Source: Octopus sinensis (lineage: Eukaryota). From it: DNA of 21,650 bases. Position numbers and translations under genes: made by a program. Position 1 is the stretch's first letter; each line of letters begins with the position of its first letter. The DNA is taken from assembly GCF_006345805.1 (NCBI RefSeq), contig NW_021823678.1, positions 1 through 21,650 on the forward strand. The letters are read 5' to 3'. A model generated the notes under the pieces. It was not told the origin of the DNA and ran no database searches. It saw nothing but the letters and a program-made list of their open reading frames with translations. Below, piece after piece: positions 1-10,003 of this stretch.

Positions 1-144
1 TGAAGTAGTGGGGAGAGATGTAAAGGGAAAGATTTATAGAGAGAGGCAGAGAAGAGAAGAGGCAGAGATTGGAAGACGAAGATGGAGGAAAAATGACACT
101 CGCAAACATACAGACATAGACACATAGGCATATACTTGCTTGCG

Positions 145-218
145 AGTGACTACAAATATACACACACACTCACACACACGTGCGTATATATCCATATGTG
201 TATATATATATATACATA

Positions 219-315
<97 letters not shown>

Positions 316-557
316 GTGTGTATTGTGTGTGTGTGTGTGTGATGGTGTGTGTGTGTGTGTATAAATATATTATATATATGTATGTATATTTGTATAGATA
401 GACATATAGATAGATAGATAGATAGATAGATAGACAGAGTGAGAGAGAGAGAGAGACAGACAGACAGGCAGACACACAGACAGAACGACAAAGAAACGGA
501 ACGAGAGACGGACAAATGATAAATAGATAAATAGATTGATTGATAGATAGACAGAAG

Positions 558-596
<39 letters not shown>

Positions 597-607
597 ATCT
601 AATATAT

Positions 608-648
<41 letters not shown>

Positions 649-660
649 GAGAGAGAGAGA
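145..660. repeat. Compound microsatellite cluster (CA, TA, TATC, TG, GATA, GA, GACA)
   Basis: Runs directly visible; they account for the YLSI/CVCV-type ORFs in the track. Confidence 0.97.
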
Positions 661-1067
661 TGTTGGGAAAAACAGCCAAAGAATGGAATGAAGAATTGTA
701 ATGACGAATGAAATGAATTTTGAGCGAAAGAATTATTGAGGAAATAGAAGAAAAATATACAAATGAAAACCAATACGAAAGCATAAAAAAATATATAAAA
801 AAATAAACAAACAAGCAAATAAACACTAAAGTAAATAAATAAATAATAAAATTAAATATTAAAAATATACAATGAGACAACTCTGAAAGTATTGGAAAAA
901 TAAAGAAGGAAAATATAAAATAACAACAATAAAGAATACAACAAAGAATGTTGATTGGTCGCCATGTTTGTTTAATTATTAAATTCAGGTGGTTTAGTTT
1001 AGATTAATTATATTCCTATTGATGTTGTAAAGCAGGAAAGAACTGGAAGTCACTAGTAGGGGCGGTG

Positions 1068-1104
<37 letters not shown>

Positions 1105-1200
1105 TGTGTGTGTGTGTGTGTATGGACAATTATATGAAGGAGTGGAAGTGAGTTGGATGGTTGTTATTTGCTAGCTTGGTGATTGTGTGGGGGTTTGAGT

Positions 1201-1450
1201 AAAAACTGGAGCATTAGAGCATAGCTATTGTGTGAGGGTTTAGTCATGGAAGGGGAATAAAGGCCCTCGTAGTATATTTGTTGGGGGTTTCTGTAAAAAC
1301 AAGAGCATAGGGCATAGCTGTTGTGAGAAGGTTTCCTCATGGATATGAGGTCAATCCAGCTTCTCGTGTTTTTTTGTTTGAGAGTTTGGGTTGAAACCAG
1401 AGCATAGGGAATAGCTGTCGTGTGAAGATTTAGGTATGCATGTAGGTTCA
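1201..1450 (+). repeat. Diverged tandem repeat, about 95-100 bp unit, 3 copies
   Basis: Motif AAAC..GAGCAT(T)AG(A/G)G(C/A)ATAGCT(A/G)T(T/C)GTG..(A/G)G(G/A)TTT recurs at about 1201, 1295 and 1394; the minus-strand ORF repeats KPSHNSYAL twice. Confidence 0.75.
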
Positions 1451-1759
1451 AAAGCCATAGTAGCTTTTCTCTGATACTTTTGTCTGATACTTTTTGTCTG
1501 AGACGTGGAATAAGCTCGAGGTGCCATGGGAAAACTGTGGCCCTGGAGACATTCTGAATGGTAAACTTAAAAGGAGATTTCTTTGATGGTTTGTGTAGGT
1601 TTTGCTATGGATGTAGGGTCAATATTAACCAGAAATTTTGTCTGGCTAATAATTGTGACATACTTTACTTTGATATGCCTCGAAACTTTATGGATCTCCT
1701 GTAATTAGATCTATATATGTCCGTACGTACATATGCATGTATGTATGTTTGTATGTATG

Positions 1760-2180
1760 TTATTATTCAGTTGATTTCGAGATTTCTTGCCAATAGAGAA
1801 AGAACCGGTTTCTAACCTAGATTCAAGGCTCCTCCATTGAAATTTCAGCAACAACAACAGGGTATGTATGTATGTATGTATGTATGTATGTATGTATGTA
1901 TGTATGTATGTATGTATGTATGTATGAATGTATGTATGTTTTTGTATGTATTCTCATACATATAGTTGCATATGTTGACATGCTCATATATATTTAAATG
2001 ATAAACTTCTGGAAAGTTTTATAGATTTTTTCAGTTCCAGTGATGGAATAAAACTGTAGTCTTCGAGTTAGCTTTCTCCTTTCTGGTTTTGAGAAGCCTA
2101 ATTTCTCAAGATTGGTATTTAGGCAGTGTGTTACACAACCAGGGCCCCAATAATTACAGGTATAAAACCTGAACATATGT
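1760..2180 (-). mobile_element. 5'-truncated 3' end of an RLE-type (R4/Dong-like) non-LTR retrotransposon
   Basis: Minus strand reads FRF / IPVIIGAL (frameshift) / VTHCLNTNLEKLGFSKPERRKLTRRLQFYSITGTEKIYKTFQKFII*. The P-V-I-I-G-A-L-G motif is typical of the C-terminus after the restriction-like endonuclease in R4/Dong-type elements (recalled). The 3' UTR ends AATAATAA followed by (CATA)n. Confidence 0.7.
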
Positions 2181-3189
2181 ATGTATCTATTTATCTATCC
2201 ATCGGTCTGTCTCTCCCTATGTACATATGTGTGTGTATGTGTGTGTGTGTGTGTATTTACATATACATGCATGTTAATGCTTTCATGGTTGTTGTTATTT
2301 CATTTGCCAGTTTGTTTGTAGTTTATTTTATACCAAACTAAGACCCCTTTCAATCATAGCTGACGATGTTTTTGTACATATGTGCGCTACTGGGAGTAGG
2401 TGTAGGGGACTCGCATTCACCCAAACATGCATTTACTCGTGGCACTGATGTTAGGAATTTTAGAGACAGTCGATATATGTTGGGTTAACATAACAATAAG
2501 TGAACAAAGATATATTAACGGAATCAGCAATCAAGGAGGAAAATCCCACAATCCACCAAACATTAAGCAAAAATACAATGATGGATACTGGCAACGCAGA
2601 TATAATAACGAAGTAAACCAATGGAAAATGAAACTACAAACAATTTCGCAAATGAAATAACAGCCATAAACAACACCTGGATAATGTAACATTCAAAAGC
2701 CAGCAGTCGAAGACAGGAAAAAAAACCCACGCAAAAAAAAAATGAACCGATTTTGATGTAAAACACCCAACCCTAAAACCAAGCGACAACACTGCACCTG
2801 GTGATTGAAGAAGTGGGAAAAACGTTTATCGTAAGAAAAGAAATTTAATGAATGTGTGTCTATGTATATGTGCATGCCTCTGTGTGTGTATGTGTGTGTG
2901 CGTGCGTGGGCGCGTCTATGTTAGAAAAATATTTTTCTATACATCATAGATATTATAGAATTTGTTAATAAACATAAGCAACACATAACGTAAAAATAAT
3001 ATCGAAATTTCAAAAAAAGCCATGCTAATCAGAGTAGCATAGGGAATATTCAGAATAGTAATGCCAAACAGAATAAAAGAAAATGAAAAAAAATTTCAAA
3101 TATAAGAAAAGGCTAAGAATTTAAAAGTTGCCGAAAGGGAAACAACTCATTTTAGCAGTTTATTAAGTAGAATGGAATAAAATTTCAGC

Positions 3190-3727
3190 TGGAAATAGAA
3201 TAAAGATTTCGTTGTAGGAAAAAGTAAATAATAATAATAAAGAATTTGGTAGAAATGAATTGATTTTACCATGAATGATCAAATTTATAGTAAATCTAGG
3301 AAAAATATGAAAAATTATCACTGCAATTGTTCTGAACAGCATTCCTGTTATGCAAATAATAAATGTAAGACTAAAAATGTAATATATAGATGTAAAGTTA
3401 CATCTGAGAGAAATGAATACTTTTACATCGGTGAGACCGCATTTACTTTCAAGAGGAGATTGGCTAATCACGTAAGTTCATTTAGAGATGAAATAAAGGA
3501 TTCCAAACAAGTCTAAGTAAATTAACCTGGTCTATTAAATACAGAGACAAGGACTATATCATCAATGAATTTGTAGTGCAAAACCGCACAGACCTGGAAC
3601 TAATAAATGTGACTCATGTTTAGAGGAATTTTATCAAATTTATACATCTAAGGGTAATATAATAAATTCTATATAGGAACACGCTTTGATGCTTGCACGG
3701 AAGAAGATTCACTTTTGCTCAGTATAA
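3190..3727 (+). pseudogene. Penelope-like element GIY-YIG endonuclease domain, frameshifted relic
   Basis: CNC-x5-C-x5-C then NVIY (VIY 3379-3387), YIGET (YIG 3424-3432) and FKRRLANHVSSFR. Shifted frames continue SLSKLTWSIK (from 3510) and AKPHRPGTNKCDSCLEE (KCDSCLEE 3605-3628). This matches the PLE pattern CNC..VIY..YIG..FK.R..NH..SF..LSK..W..K..C.LCL.E. Confidence 0.88.
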
Positions 3728-4039
3728 ATGAGTAATAAACAGTTAAACAACAGAATGTTTTGAAATAACGGACGGTAAGTGATCATCCAATTAAAACTTG
3801 AACTGAAGATAGTTCGCGTCTAAATTAACGAACAACTTCACATCATACAACGCAGAGAGGATAAAAACATGTTCAACAATTAAAGCAAAGGATATTCAAG
3901 TGAAGACCATGAAGAAAGTGCAGTAATATTATAGTTGAGTTGCAACTGCAGCGGTTACGGTTACTAACCCATGCAGTTGAAACGTGTTATATATGAAGAT
4001 GTATATATAAAAAGGAATTAAAGGTAATACTATGGCATT

Positions 4040-4063
4040 TTGTAATAATCCTTATATACATAC

Positions 4064-4134
<71 letters not shown>

Positions 4135-4314
4135 ACATGCATACACGTATACATCTTCACCTGTCAATCAATCAATATATTTCTTTCTATCTATCTTTAT
4201 ATATATATACATATATATATACATACAAAAGTACATATATGTATATATGTGTTTACACATGCATACATATGTATATATATGCAATATGCAAATATATATG
4301 TTTGTGTTTGTATG

Positions 4315-4364
<50 letters not shown>

Positions 4365-4380
4365 TAGAGATATAAATATA
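4040..4380. repeat. (TACA)n/(TA)n microsatellite tract
   Basis: Directly visible. Confidence 0.95.
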
Positions 4381-4901
4381 TATAATTAATATAGGATAAA
4401 ACTTTTTTCGGGAAAAAATGTTATCAATGGCCAGCATATCAAAAAATGCCTTTAAAGGTAAAAGTTATACATAATTTACAAGATAAGGGCAGAAGAAAAA
4501 TTCTAATGCCAGATACGCCGAAACAAAATTTTTTTCCCGAAAAAAGTTTTATCCTATATTAATTATAAATAGATTAGTTTTCATTTCCAGATTCTATCAC
4601 TCTGTGAAAGTTTCTAGTTCGAATCACACGTGTCTCAAGGTGCGCCGAAGATTTTTCTATTTTGGATATATTTGGGGTACTTAAGTCTGCTCGGGACTTG
4701 GTGCTTGCTTCTCCCATGGGTATGAGTAAGTATTTCATTTATATCTCGCGTATGTGCCGCTGAAGAGGGGAAAATTTCTTGTGAATTAATCCCGAAATTG
4801 GACCAATACAGTAATAACGAATAAATTTAATGGTTATCGACAATTTTTTGTTTCGGCGTATCTGGCAATAGAATTTTTCTTCTGCCCTTATCTTGTAAAT
4901 T

Positions 4902-4903
<2 letters not shown>
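4381..4903 (+). mobile_element. Hammerhead-bearing non-autonomous element (retrozyme/PLE pLTR-like) with inverted 5' segment
   Basis: Perfect 38-bp inverted repeat 4381-4418/4530-4567; 58-bp inverted repeat (1 mismatch) 4471-4528/4846-4903; hammerhead at 4755-4813; (TA)n on both flanks. Confidence 0.75.
4755..4813 (+). ncRNA. Type I hammerhead ribozyme (short helix III)
   Basis: TGCCG | CTGAAGA (4760-4766) | GGGGA..TCCC helix II | GAAA (4794-4797) | TTGG-A-CCAA helix III | TA (AUA triplet, predicted cut after 4808) | CAGTA. Helix I pairs 4 of 5 positions (one C-A mismatch, one G-U). Confidence 0.75.
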
Positions 4904-4937
<34 letters not shown>

Positions 4938-4974
4938 TGTTCCATGACGGCCCTCGGAAACCTGTGATTCTTAG

Positions 4975-5219
4975 TATAGCACGTATAGATGGGCTGGAAA
5001 CGTCGCCCGGCTCACCGATAATCAGTCGACCCAAACAGTTGTCGAGTTGTACCCGCGCGAGCGGAAAAGACCACCCGGAAGACCTCCACGACGGTGGAAT
5101 TACGATTTCGGGAGGACGATTGGGATCACGTGGATGAGAAAGGCGCGATCCAGAGAGGAGTGGAGAGCGTGCTGTGACCAGCGGTGTCAAATGGACGCCT
5201 GACGGACTGGTCGGTCAAA

Positions 5220-5222
<3 letters not shown>
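4975..5222 (+). mobile_element. RTE-clade LINE, 5'-truncated 3' end
   Basis: Open frame 4975-5202, absent from the track because it lacks a start codon: RWAGNVARLTDNQSTQTVVELYPRERKRPPGRPPRRWNYDFGRTIGITWMRKARSREEWRACCDQRCQMDA*. This matches the RTE C-terminal RWAGHVAR..PR..KR..GRP..RW signature; a short 3' UTR runs into (TA)n. Confidence 0.9.
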
Positions 5223-5259
<37 letters not shown>

Positions 5260-5546
5260 TATTTATATACAGAGAGAGTGAGTGAGAAAGACAGAAAGAA
5301 AGACTGAAAGAAAGAAAGAAAGGAAGAAAGAAAAAGAAAGAAAGAAAGATACAAATAGATCATTGAACCTATGTATCTATATGTAATTTAGTTTGATGCA
5401 AAGGTTGGATTCTGGAAAAATAGCGATTTGGAAAGGTATGTGAATTTGTGTGTGTGTGTGTGTGTGTGTGTAAATGGCGTGTGTTTATTGCTGTATACAC
5501 GATATATCTATGTGTATGTCAGTGTATATACATATATATACATACA

Positions 5547-5591
<45 letters not shown>

Positions 5592-6092
5592 TGATTTGTG
5601 AAGGCTTGTGCTGCCATAAATTCCCATGTACAGAAATAAACCTTCTCATGTACATGTCAACGAACGTATACATGTCTGCATTTGTACCATTCGTTGTCTG
5701 GTTGTTTGTGTATGAAGTGAGTATGCCGATGTGTGTGTGTGTGTGTGTGTGTGCTTGTGCTTGTGCTTGTTCGCGTGGGCATGCGTAAGTGTGTGCGTGT
5801 GTCTGGGTATGTGTGTGTGTGTGGGGGGGGGGTGGCCTAAGTGTATCCGCGCGCGCGTGCGTGCGAGAATTTATCTGAGAAGTTTAGTTTTTGAAATAGA
5901 CTACAGCAATGAAGAACACGTGATGTATTTATGGCCGACCTTTCAATGTAAAGAGACGAAGGGAATATTATATTGTCCACTAAGAAGTGGAGGGAGAGAG
6001 GTGGGGGAGAGAAAGGGGGAAAGAGAAGGAAAGAGGTAAAATATAAAAGCGAAAGTGAAAGTGATAAAGATAAAGAGAGAGAAAAATATAAT

Positions 6093-6128
<36 letters not shown>

Positions 6129-6480
6129 AAGAGTGTCAGAAATAGGGAAGGAAGGAATAAAGGTGAAGGAGAGTTACATTAATTCAGGGAGAGTGCGGAA
6201 TGGAAAGAAAGGAAAAAAGAAAGAGAGAGAGGAGAAAGAGTGTGAGCGAGTGTGAGAGAGCGAGAGAGAGAAAAAGGGAGAGAGTTGTATGAGAGAGAGA
6301 GTGTGTGTGTATGTGCATGTGTGTGTGAGGCAGTGTGTGAGTGGCTGTGTGTGAGGGAGAGAAACAGAGAGAAAGAGAACCTGAAGAAGCGTTATATGAA
6401 TACAGAGAAAGAAAAAAGAAAGAAAGAGAGCAAGAGAGATAGATAGAGAGAGAGAGTGTGTGTGTGTGTGTATGTGTGTG
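5222..6480. repeat. Microsatellite and purine-rich low-complexity block (TA, GAAA, TG, GA)
   Basis: Directly visible runs interspersed with short unique segments. Confidence 0.9.
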
Positions 6481-6707
6481 TAGTGGAGGAGAAGAGAAAG
6501 GTTGAAGAAAGGAGGCGCAGCAAGAGAGAATTTCTGCAGGAAAAAAAAATTACCATTTGTTTTAGACAGGAAATGCGTGGGACACTATACAGTAAAAGGC
6601 TCCGTGTTTGACTGCGCATGCGTTTGAGTGCCAGATTCATTGCGTATTCGCGTGTGTCTTTGTATTTCTGTGTGTGCTTGTACTGCGAATTGGATTATGG
6701 TCAGAAA

Positions 6708-6965
6708 AAACGTATGGCTTAGTGGGTAAGGTATTCGGCTGACGATTCTAAGGTCATATGGTCGATTCCCGGCGGCGCGTTGTGTTCATGAGCAAGGCAC
6801 TTTATCTCATTTTGCGTCAGGCCACTCAGCTGGCAAGAGTGAGAAGTACCTGTGTTTCAAAGGGCCAGCCTTTTGTCACACTCTGTGTCACGCCGAATCT
6901 CCCAGAGAACCACGTTAAGTATACGCGTGTCTGCAGAAACCTTGATGTCGTAAACGACGAAGTAC
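6708..6965 (+). mobile_element. tRNA-derived SINE, family A
   Basis: Pol III A box TGGCTTAGTGG (6715-6725) and B-box-like GGTCGATTCCC (6760-6770), followed by TTCATGAGCAAGGCACTTTAT; homologous to the minus copy at 19000-19185. Confidence 0.8.
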
Positions 6966-7118
6966 CAGATTTTTATATATGGCCATAGAGATTCCGTATC
7001 CCGAAATAGAGAACGGTGCGAGATAAAAACTTGAATTCATTCTCTGTTTCACCGCACAAACACTTTTTACACACCTCAAGTACACAGAGTTTCATCTCGA
7101 CCACTTGATGCATTACAG

Positions 7119-7320
7119 CAGCGAGCTGACAGAATTGGTAGAAGCGTTCAACGGCATCTCGCCGGTCTTTACGTTCTGAGTTCAAATGCCATAGAGGTTG
7201 AGCTTGATTTTTATCTTTTCTGGGTCGATGAAATAAGTACAAGTTTAATACTGGAGTCGATATAAATCGACTTACCCATTCCCCCAAAATTGCTGGCCCT
7301 GAGCTTAAATTTGAAATCAA
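7119..7320 (+). mobile_element. tRNA-derived SINE, family B, full length with trinucleotide tail
   Basis: Head GCGAGCTGACAGAA, B-box-like GAGTTCAAAT, central ..GGGTCGATGAAATAAGTAC..; homologous to 9834-9974 and 13413-13607. Confidence 0.85.
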
Positions 7321-7348
7321 TCTTCTTCTTCTTCTTCTTCTTCTTCTT

Positions 7349-7379
<31 letters not shown>

Positions 7380-7445
7380 TTATTATTATTATTATTATTA
7401 TTATTGTTACTACTACTACTACTACTACTAGTAGTAGTAGTAGTG
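7320..7445 (+). repeat. Compound trinucleotide tail (TCT)n(TAT)n(TAC)n(TAG)n
   Basis: Directly visible. Confidence 0.97.
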
Positions 7446-8244
7446 TGTCTATATATATATACATATATATATACATACACGATATAGACGATTTAATGTC
7501 ACATGACTAGAAGGAAGCTTGATTCATTTGAATAGAAGCCAAGCTGGAATGACAGGAAAGAAATGATGTAAAATGAAATCTCTCATGGAACTAATACTAG
7601 AAGGACGGCTTGATGAAGTAATTTCGATCGAAACCCCTAATTACGTTCAGCTCAGTATTTAAAATCGTTTGACATTACACTTGTGACGAAGATATCCGAC
7701 CAAAATATATAATTTACACTGCCAACAAGGGAGATTATTGATCTACTTTTACAGAAATTTTGTTGTTAATTCACGTTGGATTTCGTTAATATAACGTTAT
7801 AATATCGGTCATGTGATGAAGTTAGCCAGTGGTGTAATTCATTGTGGTTTGATTTCCGCTTCCGCTTTTGCAAAGTTTCAGGTATATTAAATGGATAATG
7901 CCTCTCAAAAATGTTTGAAGCATTCTAATTTTTTACCTCCAAAGATTAAACTAATCCCAACAGCTTCTCTCTCTTTCCTTTCTTTTCCTCTCGTAATATG
8001 AATGTATTTATGTGTATGTACTTGTGTATGTGTGTGTGTATGTTGTGTGTGTATGTGTGTGTTTTTCTGTATACATGTACATGTATGTATATTTGTGAAA
8101 GAGGACAACATCGCTGAGACATAACGAGCTTCTCAAGTCATATCCATACGCCCTGAAAAACGAACAGTGAACATAATTTCGTTGTTTCCTTACTCTCTGT
8201 TCTTCAATTTCTGTGCTTATTATTCTTTCATTCTTTTATTCTTT

Positions 8245-8362
8245 TCCTTGATTCAGTTATCAGACTGCGACCAAGCTGCAGCACCACCTTTAGTCGAGCA
8301 AATCAACCTCAGGACCTATTCTTTGTAAGCCTAGTACTTATTCTATCAGTCTCTTTTGCCGA
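8245..8362 (-). mobile_element. SINE family C, 3' portion, truncated by the hammerhead element
   Basis: TTTAGTCGAGCAAATC..CTTTGTAAGCCTAGTACTTATTCTATC.GTCTCTTTTGCCGA matches 19271-19342, where the sequence continues ACCGCTAA instead. Confidence 0.85.
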
Positions 8363-8497
8363 TAGATCGGTAGCCACTACACACATTTTTTTTCTCGCTT
8401 TGTTTCCCTCCTTGTTTCGTTCTGTGTTCCTTTCTGTGGAAGAGCGAAGGCTCAAAACGTTGAAGACTTTTTCAATTCCCGAGCGTTATACTAATAC

Positions 8498-8500
<3 letters not shown>
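8361..8500 (+). mobile_element. Small hammerhead-variant element, copy 1 (degenerate core)
   Basis: GATAGATCGGTAGCCACTAC..TTCCTTTCTGTGGAAGAGCGAAGGCTCAAAACGTTGAAG..CCCGAGCGTTATACTAATACATC, homologous to 12499-12685 and 20549-20726; GAAA has mutated to AAAA. Confidence 0.8.
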
Positions 8501-8592
<92 letters not shown>

Positions 8593-8665
8593 GGTCTGTC
8601 TGTATGTCTGTCTATCTTTCGATCTATCTGTGTGTGTGTATGTCTGTCTGTCTGTCTGTCTATCT
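8495..8665. repeat. (TATC)n/(TCTG)n microsatellite
   Basis: Directly visible. Confidence 0.97.
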
Positions 8666-9487
8666 GCGTTCTCTTAAAACACAAGCAAGGAAGGAATTGC
8701 CATTTCCTGTAAATGAAATTATCTGACCTTGACCAGGCTCACTCTTTAGGAATTCCATCCCTTTTAGCATATTATTTCCCACATCATCCAGCAAAAGAAA
8801 AAAAAAGAAAAAGAAAAAATGAAACCTGCAAACCAACACGGAAACGACGTTACCATCTTTGTACAAGATAAAAAAAAATTCCTTAATATCGAATTTAACG
8901 GTTTTAAGCAAGGAAAGCCACATTTAATAATATATCGCCTCCCCACACACACACGAACCAAAAGAGAAAAAAAAACAGGACTTAAGAGGAATAGTCACGG
9001 CTGGAATGCGTTTAAACACAGGTTACTTGACCACAGTTAACCCGCCACTAAACAACACTAGCAAATAATATTGATTTCTTCACAGCTGGGTCACTTATAA
9101 ATTTTCTGAGTTTCTATAGAACCATCAGTTGAGTTCTTGAAATGGTTGGTATTCGCCAAATTCTATCGGGAATGCCCTAAATAACTTTATTCCTTTCAGA
9201 TCAATGCATTTCCATGAAATTGTTGGTCCACATTATTTCGCTCTCTGCTTTTGCTGTCAGAAAGCCGGTTATAAAGATTTCTTCCTATCAACCTTAATTA
9301 TATTGATCAACACGAGATAACTATATCGTTTATAGAAGGAATCGAAATATTCTTTGTGCGTGTGTGTGTATGTGTATGTGTGTGTGTGCGTGCGTGCATA
9401 TACATACATATAAATATATATGCATATATATATATATATATATATGTGTGTGGTGTGTGTGTGTGTGTGTGTGTTGTGTTTGTGCGT

Positions 9488-9825
9488 AGGCGCAGGCATG
9501 GCTGTGTAATAAGAAGTTTGTTTTCCAACCTCATGGTTCAGGGTTCAATCTCACTGCGTTGTACCATAGGCAAATGTCTTCTGCCATAACCTCGGTCCAC
9601 CCAAAGCCTTAGAAGTGGATTCGGTTGATGGAGACTGAAAGAAGCCCGTCTTATCTATATATCCATATCTTTGTGTTTTTTTCCCCACCATTGATTGTTA
9701 CTGTGTTCAGGTCCCTGTTGCTTAGCCGTTCGGCAAAAGAGAACGACAGGTTAAGCACCAATCTTTAAAAGAGAAATATAAATTCTGTGATCGATTCATA
9801 CTCAATGTAGTGCCCCAGCATGGCC
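9488..9825 (+). mobile_element. SINE family C (CORE-like tRNA SINE), near full length, diverged
   Basis: Head AGGCGCAGGCATGGCTGTG..GGGTTCAATC; body GGCAAATGTCTTCT..GAAAGAAGCCCGTC; 3' part GCCGTTCGGCAAAAGAGA..CCCCAGCATGGCC. Homologous to other copies in the window; the CORE assignment is from recall. Confidence 0.8.
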
Positions 9826-9833
9826 TTATTTTA

Positions 9834-9974
9834 ACGAGCTGGCAGAAACGTTAGCACGCTGGGCGAAATGCGGAGCCGTATTTCGTCTGCCGTTACGTTC
9901 TGAGTTCAAATTCCGCCGAGGTCGACTTTGCCTTTCATCCTTTCAGGTTCGATAAATTAAGTACCAGTTACACA
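9834..9974 (+). mobile_element. SINE family B, young copy, 3'-truncated
   Basis: GAGCTGGCAGAAACGTTAGCACG..GAGTTCAAATTCCGCCGAGGTCGACTTTGCCTTTCATCCTTTC.GG.TCGATAAATTAAGTACCAG. Confidence 0.9.
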
Positions 9975-10003
9975 GTAGTTTACGCATCTAAACACATAAG
10001 AAA

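Noticed and set aside
136-880. Multiple ORFs (YLSI, CVCV, THTH repeats)
   Set aside because: Translations of microsatellites; no coding signal.
4900-5190. Track ORFs 4937-5137 (+) and 4900-5190 (-)
   Set aside because: Off-frame and antisense shadows of the RTE C-terminal frame at 4975-5202.
6600-6630. TGCGCATGCG (NRF1-like site)
   Set aside because: Isolated motif in TG/CG-rich low-complexity context with no linked gene.
7500-7720. RKLDSFE / MELILEGRLDE peptides and TTGATGA..GAAAC, GTGACGA..CCGA motifs
   Set aside because: LINE-like motif spacing is too short and the hammerhead helices do not pair; insufficient support for either call.
8660-9040. ORFs 8660-8923 (-) and 8819-9040 (+) as possible exons
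   Set aside because: No recognisable domain, interrupted by poly-T/A runs, and no convincing splice pair.
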